Below are positions 1 to 9,380 of a stretch of DNA of 64,000 nucleotides, piece by piece. This stretch comes from Candidatus Poribacteria bacterium (GTDB lineage Bacteria > Poribacteria > WGA-4E > WGA-3G), in contig CBDBFU010000013.1 of assembly GCA_965205025.1 (NCBI GenBank), forward strand, positions 192,001 through 256,000, given 5' to 3'. The stretch's first letter is position 1, and the number at the start of each line of letters is the position of its first letter. Below the pieces are notes generated by a model that worked only from the letters and a program-made list of their open reading frames with translations, was not told the DNA's origin and ran no database searches. The translations under genes were made by a program, and so were the position numbers.

Positions 1-149
1 AACGAAAAACTAAACTCGAACGAGATAATCGTTCTAATCAGTTAAACCCAAACAACGACGCATATTGGAAATCAAGAGGATATGAAGATAAACCTATCAA
101 TAAAGGAGTATCTGATGGCGAAACGAAGAAACTTCACACCCGAGTATAA
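1..149 (+). CDS. 3' part of a hypothetical protein carrying a DNRSNQLNPNNDAYWxSRG motif (truncated by window edge)
   Basis: Frame from nt 3 reads RKTKLERDNRSNQLNPNNDAYWKSRGYEDKPINKG... to TAA at 147-149; not in the ORF track. Confidence 0.5.
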   Translation, partial: RKTKLERDNRSNQLNPNNDAYWKSRGYEDKPINKGVSDGETKKLHTRV

Positions 150-301
150 AAACCGAAGTTGTTTTTAAGGTATTTACGGGTGGAAGTAAGCAAGCTGAAG
201 TATGTCGACGAAACGACCTTAGTGATGAACAACTTTCAAAGTGGAAACGACAGATTCTTGAAAATGCGACTCTTTTTGAACCTGCTGATAAACAGCCCTA
301 A
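115..301 (+). pseudogene. IS3-family OrfA (HTH_Tnp_1-like) transposase remnant, frameshifted
   Basis: AAGGAG RBS then MAKRRNFTPEYK, frameshift in an A-run near 148-152, then TEVVFKVFTGGSKQAEVCRRNDLSDEQLSKWKRQILENA; no OrfB follows. Confidence 0.7.
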
Positions 302-479
302 GGAAGTTTCATAAACATTCTCTGTTAAATATCTATTAACTACATAGAGATTTTGCGAGCACTTGAAGGATTTATATGCCTCATTCTGATTCAAATGAAT
401 TGTGTGTTGACGCGTTTTCTCAAGACATTAGCAAATGTGATAAGTATTATCAATGTCAACTAAATAGGAGAAATAAGAA

Positions 480-1847
480 ATGACAAATATAAACAAATAT
501 CCATCGTTAAGTCACCCCAATCTTTTGTTTATCTCTTTAGATTGGACACGTCCAAAAGACTTACGAAAACCTCTTTCTACTGGTTCAATAGAAACCTACT
601 TTAGGAAGAATCAATCAGGCATAACAAGTGCTGAATTCATAGACTTTAATTTAAATGACTCAAGTTTTCGAATTGAGGATATAAAGGATTTAATAAGTAA
701 AAAACGTCCGAGTTTTCTTGCATTAGGAGCATATATTTGGAATGAAAAATACGTGCCAGATGTAGTGAGTTGGACAAAGAATAATTATCCAGACACAATA
801 ATTATCTTGGGTGGACCTCAAGTTACATATGGGAATCATAATCTCTCTATGGAATATCCGGGTGTTGATTATTTCGTTAGAGGTGAAGGGGAATTGCCTT
901 TCACCGAATTGATAGACGATCTCTCATTGAACCGTGTCCCTTCTCCTGAAATGATGAGTAGGTTTTCGATTTATACTCCAGAAACTCTTAAAAAGGGAGT
1001 ATGTAATAATAGTTATGTCCATAATCCGGAAAAACTATTATCGCCCTACCTGAATCAAATTCTACCTATTGAGCAAAATCAAACATTTGTACGTTGGGAA
1101 ACATCTCGTAGGTGTCCATATCAATGTAGTTTTTGTCAATTCCGTTCACCAGAAGACCATAAGGTGGTTAGACTTAATCATAAAAGACTTTTTCAAGAAC
1201 TTGAATATTTCAAGAAAAAGAAGGTTCAAGAAATAAATGTCCTTGATCCAATCTTTAATCTTAATCCAAAACATTACTTAGAGATTTGTCGTAAGATAGA
1301 TTTTTTGAGAATGAATTCTCGGTTCTACTTTCAATGCCGGTTAGAGTTGCTTTGTCATAGTAAAGCAGTAGAATTCTTAGAATTCTGTAGAGATCGTCAA
1401 ATCTGGCTTGAATTTGGTGTACAGACCTTTAAAGAAAAAGAGTCTGAGGCTATCAATCGGGGAAATAAATTTGATAAAATTGATAAAGGGATTGATCTGT
1501 TGCATCAATTCAAAATTCCCTTTGATCTCCATTTGATATTTGGTTTGCCGTTCCAGTCACTTGATAATTTTCTCTGGAGTTATGATAAAGCTAAAGATGC
1601 AAATCCAAACGGACTTTATCTCTATCCTTTAAATATACTCAAAGGTACAGATCTATTTGTACAAAGTAATGAATGGGATTATGATTACGATAGCAAGAAC
1701 AATAATATCTTCCTTAAAAGTAAATGGATGACGCAGCATGAAGTTGAATGTTTGAAAGAGGCTTCTGAGAAAATAAATCATCAATCAAAAGAAGTACGAA
1801 ATACTAAAAAGTCATTTAATCTTCCAGATTTACGAGATCTGTTGTAA
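480..1847 (+). CDS. B12-binding domain radical SAM protein
   Basis: N-terminal cobalamin-binding-type motifs (YIWN, IILGGPQV, GEGE) and CPYQCSFC radical SAM motif; TAGGAG RBS. Confidence 0.85.
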   Translation: MTNINKYPSLSHPNLLFISLDWTRPKDLRKPLSTGSIETYFRKNQSGITSAEFIDFNLNDSSFRIEDIKDLISKKRPSFLALGAYIWNEKYVPDVVSWTKNNYPDTIIILGGPQVTYGNHNLSMEYPGVDYFVRGEGELPFTELIDDLSLNRVPSPEMMSRFSIYTPETLKKGVCNNSYVHNPEKLLSPYLNQILPIEQNQTFVRWETSRRCPYQCSFCQFRSPEDHKVVRLNHKRLFQELEYFKKKKVQEINVLDPIFNLNPKHYLEICRKIDFLRMNSRFYFQCRLELLCHSKAVEFLEFCRDRQIWLEFGVQTFKEKESEAINRGNKFDKIDKGIDLLHQFKIPFDLHLIFGLPFQSLDNFLWSYDKAKDANPNGLYLYPLNILKGTDLFVQSNEWDYDYDSKNNNIFLKSKWMTQHEVECLKEASEKINHQSKEVRNTKKSFNLPDLRDLL

Positions 1848-1863
1848 ACTTGCTAATAACCTT

Positions 1864-1900
1864 TATTAAGGAGGGTAATTCCGATTATCTTCCTTAATAG
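1864..1900 (+). terminator. stem-loop after the radical SAM gene
   Basis: tattaaggagggtaat-tccg-attatcttccttaata inverted repeat. Confidence 0.4.
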
Positions 1901-2015
1901 TTGGGTTTGTGATCTTCTAAACAATTACAACGAATCCGTATCTTTGATCTCTATTTTTCCGTTCTTACATCAACAACTACCCTACATTCATTCTTTAATT
2001 AAAAGGATACTCCTC

Positions 2016-3203
2016 ATGGCAATTCAAATGGCTATCATCGGTTGTGGAGGGATGGCAAATGGTCATCTCAACGCATATCTCACAATCCACAACACAGAAC
2101 CCGGTAAAGTTGAACTCGTTGCAATGTGTGATGAAGTCGAAGAAAGAGCTGATAACTTCGCAGAAAGAGTTAAAGAAGTAACAGGTAAAAAACCTGCTGT
2201 ATTTACCGATACTGACACAATGCTGGCAAAAGCTGATTTAGACGGCGTAGACATCTGTACATCACACGCACATCACCATATCAATGCGATTAAATGTCTC
2301 AACGCAGGTGTTAATGTCATGGTAGAAAAACCGATGGGAATTACCGTTAAAGCAACACACGCAATCATCGATGCTGCAAAAGAAAATGGTAAAATCGCTG
2401 CAACAGCCGAGAATATACGGCGGATGCCAAGTCGTCGTACTGCAGAATGGTTAATGAACGAAAAACAGATACTTGGTGATATGCGTATGTTCAATGCACA
2501 ACATGCAAGCCATCGTGAACCAGATCCTGGAAGTGCATGGCACTGGAGATTGGATCTATCTCTCGGCGGTGGTGGAATGGTAATGGACTCTGGAGCACAC
2601 TATTGTGATACAATACGTTACCTTTTTGGTGATCCAACAACCGTTTATGGACGGGTGTGCCAATTTGAGAATCTTGAAGTCACGAAAAACGGTGAGATCG
2701 TAAAAAACGAACAAGAAGACACATGGGTTGCAACTATCAACTTCAAGAAAGATGTCATTGGACTGTGGACATGTACATGGGCAGCAGTTGGACACAGTTA
2801 CAACCATGTTGTATATTATGGAAGTGAAGGATGCCTACTTGACGATGGGGATATCTTTCACGGACCTTTTGATGGTGCAGAAATTATTCTTAAAGATGGC
2901 ACACACCTTTCAATGGAAAATCTTATAACTGAATATATGGCAAGTCTCTCTGATGAGCAGAAAGATAAACTGTTTCCACACAATTTTACCGACGGTGTCG
3001 TCCTTGAATGTTATGACTACGTTGATGCTATCGAAAACAACCGACCACCTGAACTGGATGCTGAAGTGGGACTCCGTGCGAAATCTATTTGTGAAGCTAT
3101 CTACGAATCAAATGCTTGTGGACAGGCAGTAAACTATGAAGATGTAGTTTCAGGAGATATCGAAGTTTACCAGAAACCTATCAACGAACGGTGGGGGTTA
3201 TAG
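2016..3203 (+). CDS. Gfo/Idh/MocA family oxidoreductase
   Basis: IIGCGGMA Rossmann motif, VEKP motif, DSGAH; probable start ATG 2016 after AAAGGA. Confidence 0.9.
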   Translation: MAIQMAIIGCGGMANGHLNAYLTIHNTEPGKVELVAMCDEVEERADNFAERVKEVTGKKPAVFTDTDTMLAKADLDGVDICTSHAHHHINAIKCLNAGVNVMVEKPMGITVKATHAIIDAAKENGKIAATAENIRRMPSRRTAEWLMNEKQILGDMRMFNAQHASHREPDPGSAWHWRLDLSLGGGGMVMDSGAHYCDTIRYLFGDPTTVYGRVCQFENLEVTKNGEIVKNEQEDTWVATINFKKDVIGLWTCTWAAVGHSYNHVVYYGSEGCLLDDGDIFHGPFDGAEIILKDGTHLSMENLITEYMASLSDEQKDKLFPHNFTDGVVLECYDYVDAIENNRPPELDAEVGLRAKSICEAIYESNACGQAVNYEDVVSGDIEVYQKPINERWGL

Positions 3204-4544
3204 TTGTCTGATAAAGATCAGTCTACCGTTACAACCTCTGAGAAATCCATTCAGTATAAGGGTGAATCATCAAGAAAAGAAAAACTTGTAGGTTATTTTG
3301 AATTACTTCGAATAAATGCAAACTTTCGATGGCTGTGGGCGGGACAGCTTGTCAGTCTCTTAGGGGATTGGTTTAATCTAATTGCTTCTGCACTGTTGAT
3401 TCGAAGTCTTACGGATTCGAAGTTTGCTTTAGGCGTTCTGTTTACAATTCGGATGCTTGCGCCATTTTTTATAGCACCGATTGCTGGGATCTGTGCTGAC
3501 CGATATAACCGCAAACATATCCTCATTATAAGTGATATAATTCGAGGATTACTTATACTCGGATTTCTTTTCGTTAGAACTGAAGAAGATATTCCACTTC
3601 TGTATGTCCTCACCACGCTCTTGTTTGGGAGTAGTGGATTTTTCAGTCCAGCTCGTAGTGCCATTCTACCAGATATTACCTCAACAAACGAATTAGGTAC
3701 AGCGAATGCCCTAAGTGCGACCACTTGGTCAATTATGCTTGCACTCGGTGCAGCCATCGGTGGATTTACTGTGGGAGTGTTTGGCATCCAGACAGCATTT
3801 ATCATTGATGGGTTAACCTTTTTTGTATCTGCTATACTTCTGTTGCAGATTAAACTACCACAAAATGCTGTTGCGTCAAGAAGAGATAATACTGGTCGAA
3901 AGTTCACAACTTTCCGGTACCTCATTCAGCAACCTGACCTATTCTTTATCACCCTTCACAAAGCATCAATAGCACTAATACTATATTCAGGATATCAGAT
4001 CTCCCAAGTTGAAATTGCCAAGAGTTATTTTGTCATAGGGGTGGAAGGGGCAATTAGCTTAGGAATCATGTTATGTTTTGGTGGCATTGGTAGCGGGATT
4101 GGACCGATTATTGCCAGAATATGGACAGGTGATAGTGACAAACCCCTTCGACAGAGTATTAGTCTCGGATATATTATAGGAGCAGTTGGATTGGCTGCTA
4201 CTGCACCACTTGGAAGTCTTACAACGGTAGTTATAGGAGGATTTATACGTAGTGTGGGTGGCGGAATTGCATGGGTGTTTTCAACACAACTTCTCCTTCA
4301 ACGCGCTCCAAACGAAATAAGGGGAAGAATCTTCGGTATAGAGTATGCACTTTTTACACTCATGGGGGGTATTGCTTCAGCAGTTGCTGGTGTCCTGCTT
4401 GATCTTTACGGTGTTAAAAAAGTTCTATGGGGAATGAGTATACTTCCCTTTATTCCAGCAATATTCTGGTGGCTTTGGCAAGCACATTTTACCAAAGTAT
4501 CTAAGAATAAAAAAAATGAAGAAAAACCCACTTCTAACAACTAA
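3204..4544 (+). CDS. MFS transporter (DHA3/MFS_3-like)
   Basis: FRWLWAGQLVSLLGDW, GICADRYNRK motif A, about 12 hydrophobic segments. Confidence 0.9.
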   Translation: MSDKDQSTVTTSEKSIQYKGESSRKEKLVGYFELLRINANFRWLWAGQLVSLLGDWFNLIASALLIRSLTDSKFALGVLFTIRMLAPFFIAPIAGICADRYNRKHILIISDIIRGLLILGFLFVRTEEDIPLLYVLTTLLFGSSGFFSPARSAILPDITSTNELGTANALSATTWSIMLALGAAIGGFTVGVFGIQTAFIIDGLTFFVSAILLLQIKLPQNAVASRRDNTGRKFTTFRYLIQQPDLFFITLHKASIALILYSGYQISQVEIAKSYFVIGVEGAISLGIMLCFGGIGSGIGPIIARIWTGDSDKPLRQSISLGYIIGAVGLAATAPLGSLTTVVIGGFIRSVGGGIAWVFSTQLLLQRAPNEIRGRIFGIEYALFTLMGGIASAVAGVLLDLYGVKKVLWGMSILPFIPAIFWWLWQAHFTKVSKNKKNEEKPTSNN

Positions 4545-4599
4545 CATATATATCACAAGAATAGAGAAACTTTGTAATAATATTTGTCAAAATAAAAAT

Positions 4600-4770
4600 A
4601 ATAGGACTTACGCATTTCTTCTTTGTCTGTAGCCCCGGGGAACGCCTACAGGCGTTCATACCGTTGATTCGCGGGGCGAAAGGTTTGTAGAAAACGTTGC
4701 AACCCTACTACTTAGCCCCGGCGGGGCGAAATGTGTTTCGCTTAAAACTGTCCAAATTATAGTATATGTT
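4600..4770. repeat. REP-like cluster: two gcccc(n)gcggggcgaaa hairpins, one interrupted by the ~34-nt element, with MITE-like ends
   Basis: Hairpins at 4631-4683 and 4714-4735; ataggacttacgca at 4601; aaactgtccaaattatagta near 4745 recurs at 37.6-38.0 kb. Confidence 0.8.
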
Positions 4771-5222
4771 AAAACACAGACTAAAACCAACAACTAAAAA
4801 ACTAACAGCTAATGACTATCTATAAAAACGATCCTAATTACAAAGTTTCATATTACGTCAAAAAGCATACCTTTTTAACTGATCAAAATGTCAAAATCTG
4901 GAAGGACAACAAAAACACAAAATCACATTTTTTTGAATTTCTTATAAATCAAGTTCAAACTGGAATAAAACCATGCTATGACAGGGGTTACAGGTGTAAT
5001 TTACACCAATTTCAATGTCACACGATGTGACAAAAAGTGTAACTTTTTCATGTTTTCGAGGCATAGAGAAATGCAACAACAATACGATCTACTGTCTGAG
5101 TATTTAGGATTAAATGTCTGTTTTTATAACTTATTTTTTATCTGTATATTAGGATTAAAAGTCTGTTTTTATAACTTTTTGATGATCAGAAATATCAGTT
5201 ATTTTAATCATTAGACTCTTTT

Positions 5223-5286
5223 GTAGGAGGGGATTCCGATCCCCGATTCTTACATTTCTTCTGTGGGAGGGGATTCCGATCCCCGA
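5223..5286 (+). repeat. GTAG-type REP doublet (gtaggaggggattccgatccccga)
   Basis: Two tandem copies; related copies near 42080, 46809, 46968, 49630 and 63136. Confidence 0.75.
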
Positions 5287-5689
5287 TCTTATACCATGAA
5301 AAACATAGATACATCAATTACACACTTAAGTTATAGTATGATTAACGTATGTGATTCACGAAAAACAAGCATACTCTAAATTATAAACCCTTATAGCATA
5401 AGGGCTCGTAAAATTGCTCCGTGAAGGTTTCCGTGAAAGTGTAATAAATTCAAGACGACAAATATTAACAGATATTTACAATACACAGTATCCATACATC
5501 TAACATTACTACAGTTGATATGAATACTAAAGATGATTCTTGACATAAATATTGGTATCCAGAGGCTACAACAGCGTATTCTTTAGTTACAAAAACTTTA
5601 CACACCCAAACTAAATAGTCAACATACCCTTTAAACGAAAATTATGATATAATAATTTATAGTAGAAGCATTGATCGAAAGGAATAAAT

Positions 5690-6520
5690 ATGAGATTGGA
5701 AGGAAAAGTCGCTATTGTCGCAGGAGCAGCATGGGGTGGTATCGGAGCCGCAACCGCATATAAGTTTGCATGTGAAGGCGCAAAAGTGGTTGTTAATACT
5801 CGTCAACGAGAAACGAAACTTGCCGAAACAGTTCAACGTATTGAGGAAGCTGGTGGAGAGGCTGTATCTATTATGGGGGATGTCGCAGAAGAAAAAACAT
5901 GGCAGACGCTTGTAGATACCGCATTATCTAATTACGGCAAAATTACGACTTTGGTTCACAACGCTGCACACTCCTATACTAAAAAAGCTATTGAGTTTAC
6001 TCCTGAAGAATGGAATGAAAGCCTTGGTGTAACCCTGGGTGGTCCTTGGCTTGGAGCAAAATATTGTATTCCCGAAATGATAAAAAATGGTGGTGGGACA
6101 TTAGTTCTTATTTCTACTGTTAATGCTACAATTACGAACCCAGGTTTCGGTCTTTATGGTGCAGGTAAAGGAGGCTTAAACGCTTTAACACGGAGCATTG
6201 CACTCGATTATGGAAGAGATGGTATTCGCGCAAATGCAATTGCACCTGGACAAATTGTGGGGGAACGCGGAGAAGCCTCACTTGCAGCAGATACATTAGA
6301 GGATCAAGCATCAAAAGACTGCTACCCCATAGGACGTTACGGAAAACCGGAAGACATCGCAAATGTTGCCCTCTTTTTAGCTTCTGATGAAGCGGATTTT
6401 GTTACCGGTATTGTTCTCACTGCTGATGGTGGATTAACACTTCAATCCCCAGAAGCACTTGTCAGACCATCCTTCCGTCTTAGATGGAGAGATGATATTC
6501 TGGTACCACAACCCAAATAG
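5690..6520 (+). CDS. SDR family oxidoreductase
   Basis: GKVAIVAGA..GIG, YGAGK catalytic YxxxK, NAIAPG. Confidence 0.9.
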   Translation: MRLEGKVAIVAGAAWGGIGAATAYKFACEGAKVVVNTRQRETKLAETVQRIEEAGGEAVSIMGDVAEEKTWQTLVDTALSNYGKITTLVHNAAHSYTKKAIEFTPEEWNESLGVTLGGPWLGAKYCIPEMIKNGGGTLVLISTVNATITNPGFGLYGAGKGGLNALTRSIALDYGRDGIRANAIAPGQIVGERGEASLAADTLEDQASKDCYPIGRYGKPEDIANVALFLASDEADFVTGIVLTADGGLTLQSPEALVRPSFRLRWRDDILVPQPK

Positions 6521-6598
6521 GTTAATAGTGTCAACTATGTTTATTAAATAGAGTTAAATAGGCGATATACGTCCCAATTATTTATAAGGAGATAAAAA

Positions 6599-7294
6599 AT
6601 GTGTGGACGATTTACCTGGACAACTCCCCCTGAATTAATGTGGTCAATTCTTGAAGACTTTGAGATCCCAATGGATTTTAAACCACGATACAACATAGCA
6701 CCAACACAAGATGTACCTGTCATTCCAAATACCATAAATGAAATTGATTCAGATAACAATACAAGAAAGTTGGAATTTTTCAAATGGGGATTAATCCCTT
6801 CATGGGCGAAGGATGCAAAAATTGGAAGTAGGATGATTAATGCACGCTCAGAAACACTTTCTGAAAAGCCATCCTTTCGCAATGCATACAAGAGAAGACG
6901 ATGTCTCATTCTGGCTGACGGATACTATGAATGGGTGCCTATACCAGGTGAAAAAACTAAGCAACCGGTCTACATTCGACTAAAGTCAAAAGAAACCTTT
7001 GCATTCGCTGGATTATGGGAACAGTGGAAACCAGAATGGACTGATAAACCATATATGTCTTGCACTATTATCACTTGTTCACCTAATCCAATGTTGGCAG
7101 AAATACACCATAGAATGCCTGTGATTTTACCCCAAGAAAACCATGAAGAATGGCTGGCTCCGGGAGAACAACCAAAAGAGAATCTGCAACATCTTCTTAC
7201 GGCATATTCGGGTGAAGAGATGGAGGCATATCCTGTATCAAAATTCGTGAATAAGCCAATGAATGACTCTCCTGAATGTATTGAACCAATATAA
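6599..7294 (+). CDS. SOS response-associated peptidase (SRAP/YedK/HMCES family)
   Basis: N-terminal MCGRF, RYNIAPTQ, INARSET, GYYEW, HHRMPVIL. Confidence 0.95.
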   Translation: MCGRFTWTTPPELMWSILEDFEIPMDFKPRYNIAPTQDVPVIPNTINEIDSDNNTRKLEFFKWGLIPSWAKDAKIGSRMINARSETLSEKPSFRNAYKRRRCLILADGYYEWVPIPGEKTKQPVYIRLKSKETFAFAGLWEQWKPEWTDKPYMSCTIITCSPNPMLAEIHHRMPVILPQENHEEWLAPGEQPKENLQHLLTAYSGEEMEAYPVSKFVNKPMNDSPECIEPI

Positions 7295-7408
7295 TGTGAA
7301 TATGATATCTTAATTACCAAAATCCGAACTATCCATCACGGTATGTTCGGATTCCTGACCGACCGAATCCATCTATAACAAAATGAAATGTGTATTTAGG
7401 AAGGAATT

Positions 7409-8392
7409 ATGTCTAATCCAACAAAAGACCAAATGATAACAATGTATCGTAAAATGGTAGAGATACGTCAATTTGAAGAATCTGCAGGTACGTTGTATCA
7501 AAGCGGACAACTCCCTGGTTTTCTTCACTTATATATTGGAGAAGAAGCTACTGCAGTCGGTGTTTGTGTTCACTTAAATAATGATGATTACATCACAAGC
7601 ACGCATCGTGGACACGGTCATCTCATAGCAAAGGGAGGAAAACGCGACCGAATGATGGCAGAATTATTTGCACGAACCACAGGATATTGTAAAGGTAAAG
7701 GTGGATCAATGCACATTGCCGATAAAGAGACAGGTATTCTCGGTGCAAACGGTGTTGTCGGTGCTGGAATTCCACTTGCTGCGGGTGCAGCACTCACTGC
7801 AAAATTCCAAGGCACACAACAAGTTGCCGTTTCTTTCTTTGGTGACGGTGCTACAAACCAAGGCGTATTTCATGAAACACTCAACCTTGCCGCTGTGTGG
7901 GAACTCCCTGTCGTATTTGTCTGTGAAAACAATCGATTTGGAATGGGAACACCGCAAAGTGAACATCAACGTGTAGAAGACATTGCTGTACGTGCACCCG
8001 CTTATGATATACCGGGCATCACGGTTGATGGAAATGATGTTCTCAAAGTGTATGCTGCTGCGGGAGATGCCGTAGAACGCGCACGAAATGGGGAGGGTCC
8101 AACATTACTCAACTGTGACACCTACAGATTTAGAGGACACCACATAGGAGACCCAGGGACATCCTATCGCGACCGTGAAGAGGTACAAGAACAGGAACGC
8201 CAACGTGATCCTATCCGTAGACTCGCACAAGTCCTAATTGATGAAGAAAATATGACAGAAGAAGAACTATCAACTATAGACGAAGAACTCGCAAATGAAC
8301 TTGAAGAGGCGTTGGAGTTTGCTAAAAATAGTCCTGAACCCCTTCCTGAAGACGCACTTGACGACGTTTATGCCGGTTCTATTCAACCCTAA
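7409..8392 (+). CDS. TPP-dependent dehydrogenase E1 alpha subunit (AcoA/PdhA-like)
   Basis: STHRGHGH, GKGGSMH, GDGA...ENN TPP motif, YRFRGHH. Confidence 0.92.
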   Translation: MSNPTKDQMITMYRKMVEIRQFEESAGTLYQSGQLPGFLHLYIGEEATAVGVCVHLNNDDYITSTHRGHGHLIAKGGKRDRMMAELFARTTGYCKGKGGSMHIADKETGILGANGVVGAGIPLAAGAALTAKFQGTQQVAVSFFGDGATNQGVFHETLNLAAVWELPVVFVCENNRFGMGTPQSEHQRVEDIAVRAPAYDIPGITVDGNDVLKVYAAAGDAVERARNGEGPTLLNCDTYRFRGHHIGDPGTSYRDREEVQEQERQRDPIRRLAQVLIDEENMTEEELSTIDEELANELEEALEFAKNSPEPLPEDALDDVYAGSIQP

Positions 8393-8438
8393 ATCACATA
8401 TATTCTATCAGAATAGAAATTATACAGAGAATTAGATC

Positions 8439-9374
8439 ATGTCTAACTTCACTACAACCACGGAACTATCACCTGCCGAACTCGCAAAATGTCGAGAAAA
8501 TCTAAAACATCAATGGGAAAATAGGCAGGTTGACGAAAAACTACTAAAACGAGCGTGGGAAGATGCACACCGTGTCGCCGCTGTACTCTATCAGGATTAT
8601 GGCGCGTCGAAAGTTGCTGTCTTCGGTTCTCTCACTGAACAAAGACGTTTTACTAAATATTCTGATATTGATATTATCGTATGGGGAGTTTCATATAACA
8701 AATGTCTTGAGGCACTCTGGCAAACAGATGGTTTAAGTGATGAATTCAAGATTGATATAATCAACTTCAAATCTACAAACAAAGCATTCCGTGAGAGGAT
8801 ATTAAGTCAAGCTATCCATATTGCACCTGTTGATTCTGATCCCCTAAAATATATCCGAGAAACTGATGACAAAACAGATACCGGTGTTAAGGAAATATAC
8901 TCAGTAGATAGAGAAAAATTGATACAACGTATCTCTGATGAACAACAGAAAATCAGAACAACGGTTGATAGAATAGAAAGAGCATTGGAGAAAATTGATG
9001 AATTACCAGTTGAAGCACGAGAATTTATTGAAAGATCTCTTGCAGCTGACCTGGCAGAGGTTTACACTGGTTTAGAGAAGATTTTTGAACAAATTGCAAA
9101 AAATATTGACAAACACATACCAAGAGGAAGTCGTTGGCATAACGATCTCCTAACACAAATGAGTGAACGTCGTCCAGAACGACCACCTGTTGTTACTGAA
9201 AGATCCTACGATAGATTAAGACGGTTCCTTAGGTTTCGACATAAAGTCAGAAATATCTATGGTGATGAATTGATTTACGCAGAAGCAGAAAAACAAGCGA
9301 AAGAAGTAAGAGAATTGTATACAGATATATCAGAAGAACTTGAAACTTTCCTCAGTTATCTGCATGGAATCTAA
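8439..9374 (+). CDS. Fused minimal nucleotidyltransferase (MNT) + HEPN/HepT-like protein
   Basis: VFGSL...SDIDI MNT motif; C-terminal YTGLEKIF..IA..ID...WHNDLL..M and FRHKVRNIY HEPN-type motif. Confidence 0.8.
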   Translation: MSNFTTTTELSPAELAKCRENLKHQWENRQVDEKLLKRAWEDAHRVAAVLYQDYGASKVAVFGSLTEQRRFTKYSDIDIIVWGVSYNKCLEALWQTDGLSDEFKIDIINFKSTNKAFRERILSQAIHIAPVDSDPLKYIRETDDKTDTGVKEIYSVDREKLIQRISDEQQKIRTTVDRIERALEKIDELPVEAREFIERSLAADLAEVYTGLEKIFEQIAKNIDKHIPRGSRWHNDLLTQMSERRPERPPVVTERSYDRLRRFLRFRHKVRNIYGDELIYAEAEKQAKEVRELYTDISEELETFLSYLHGI

Positions 9375-9380
9375 GGTGAA

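Noticed and set aside
4812-5214. Short ORFs in AT-rich intergenic DNA (also 39440-40044, 46647-46994, 32505-32756)
   Set aside because: No RBS or recognisable motifs; they overlap repeat or low-complexity sequence.
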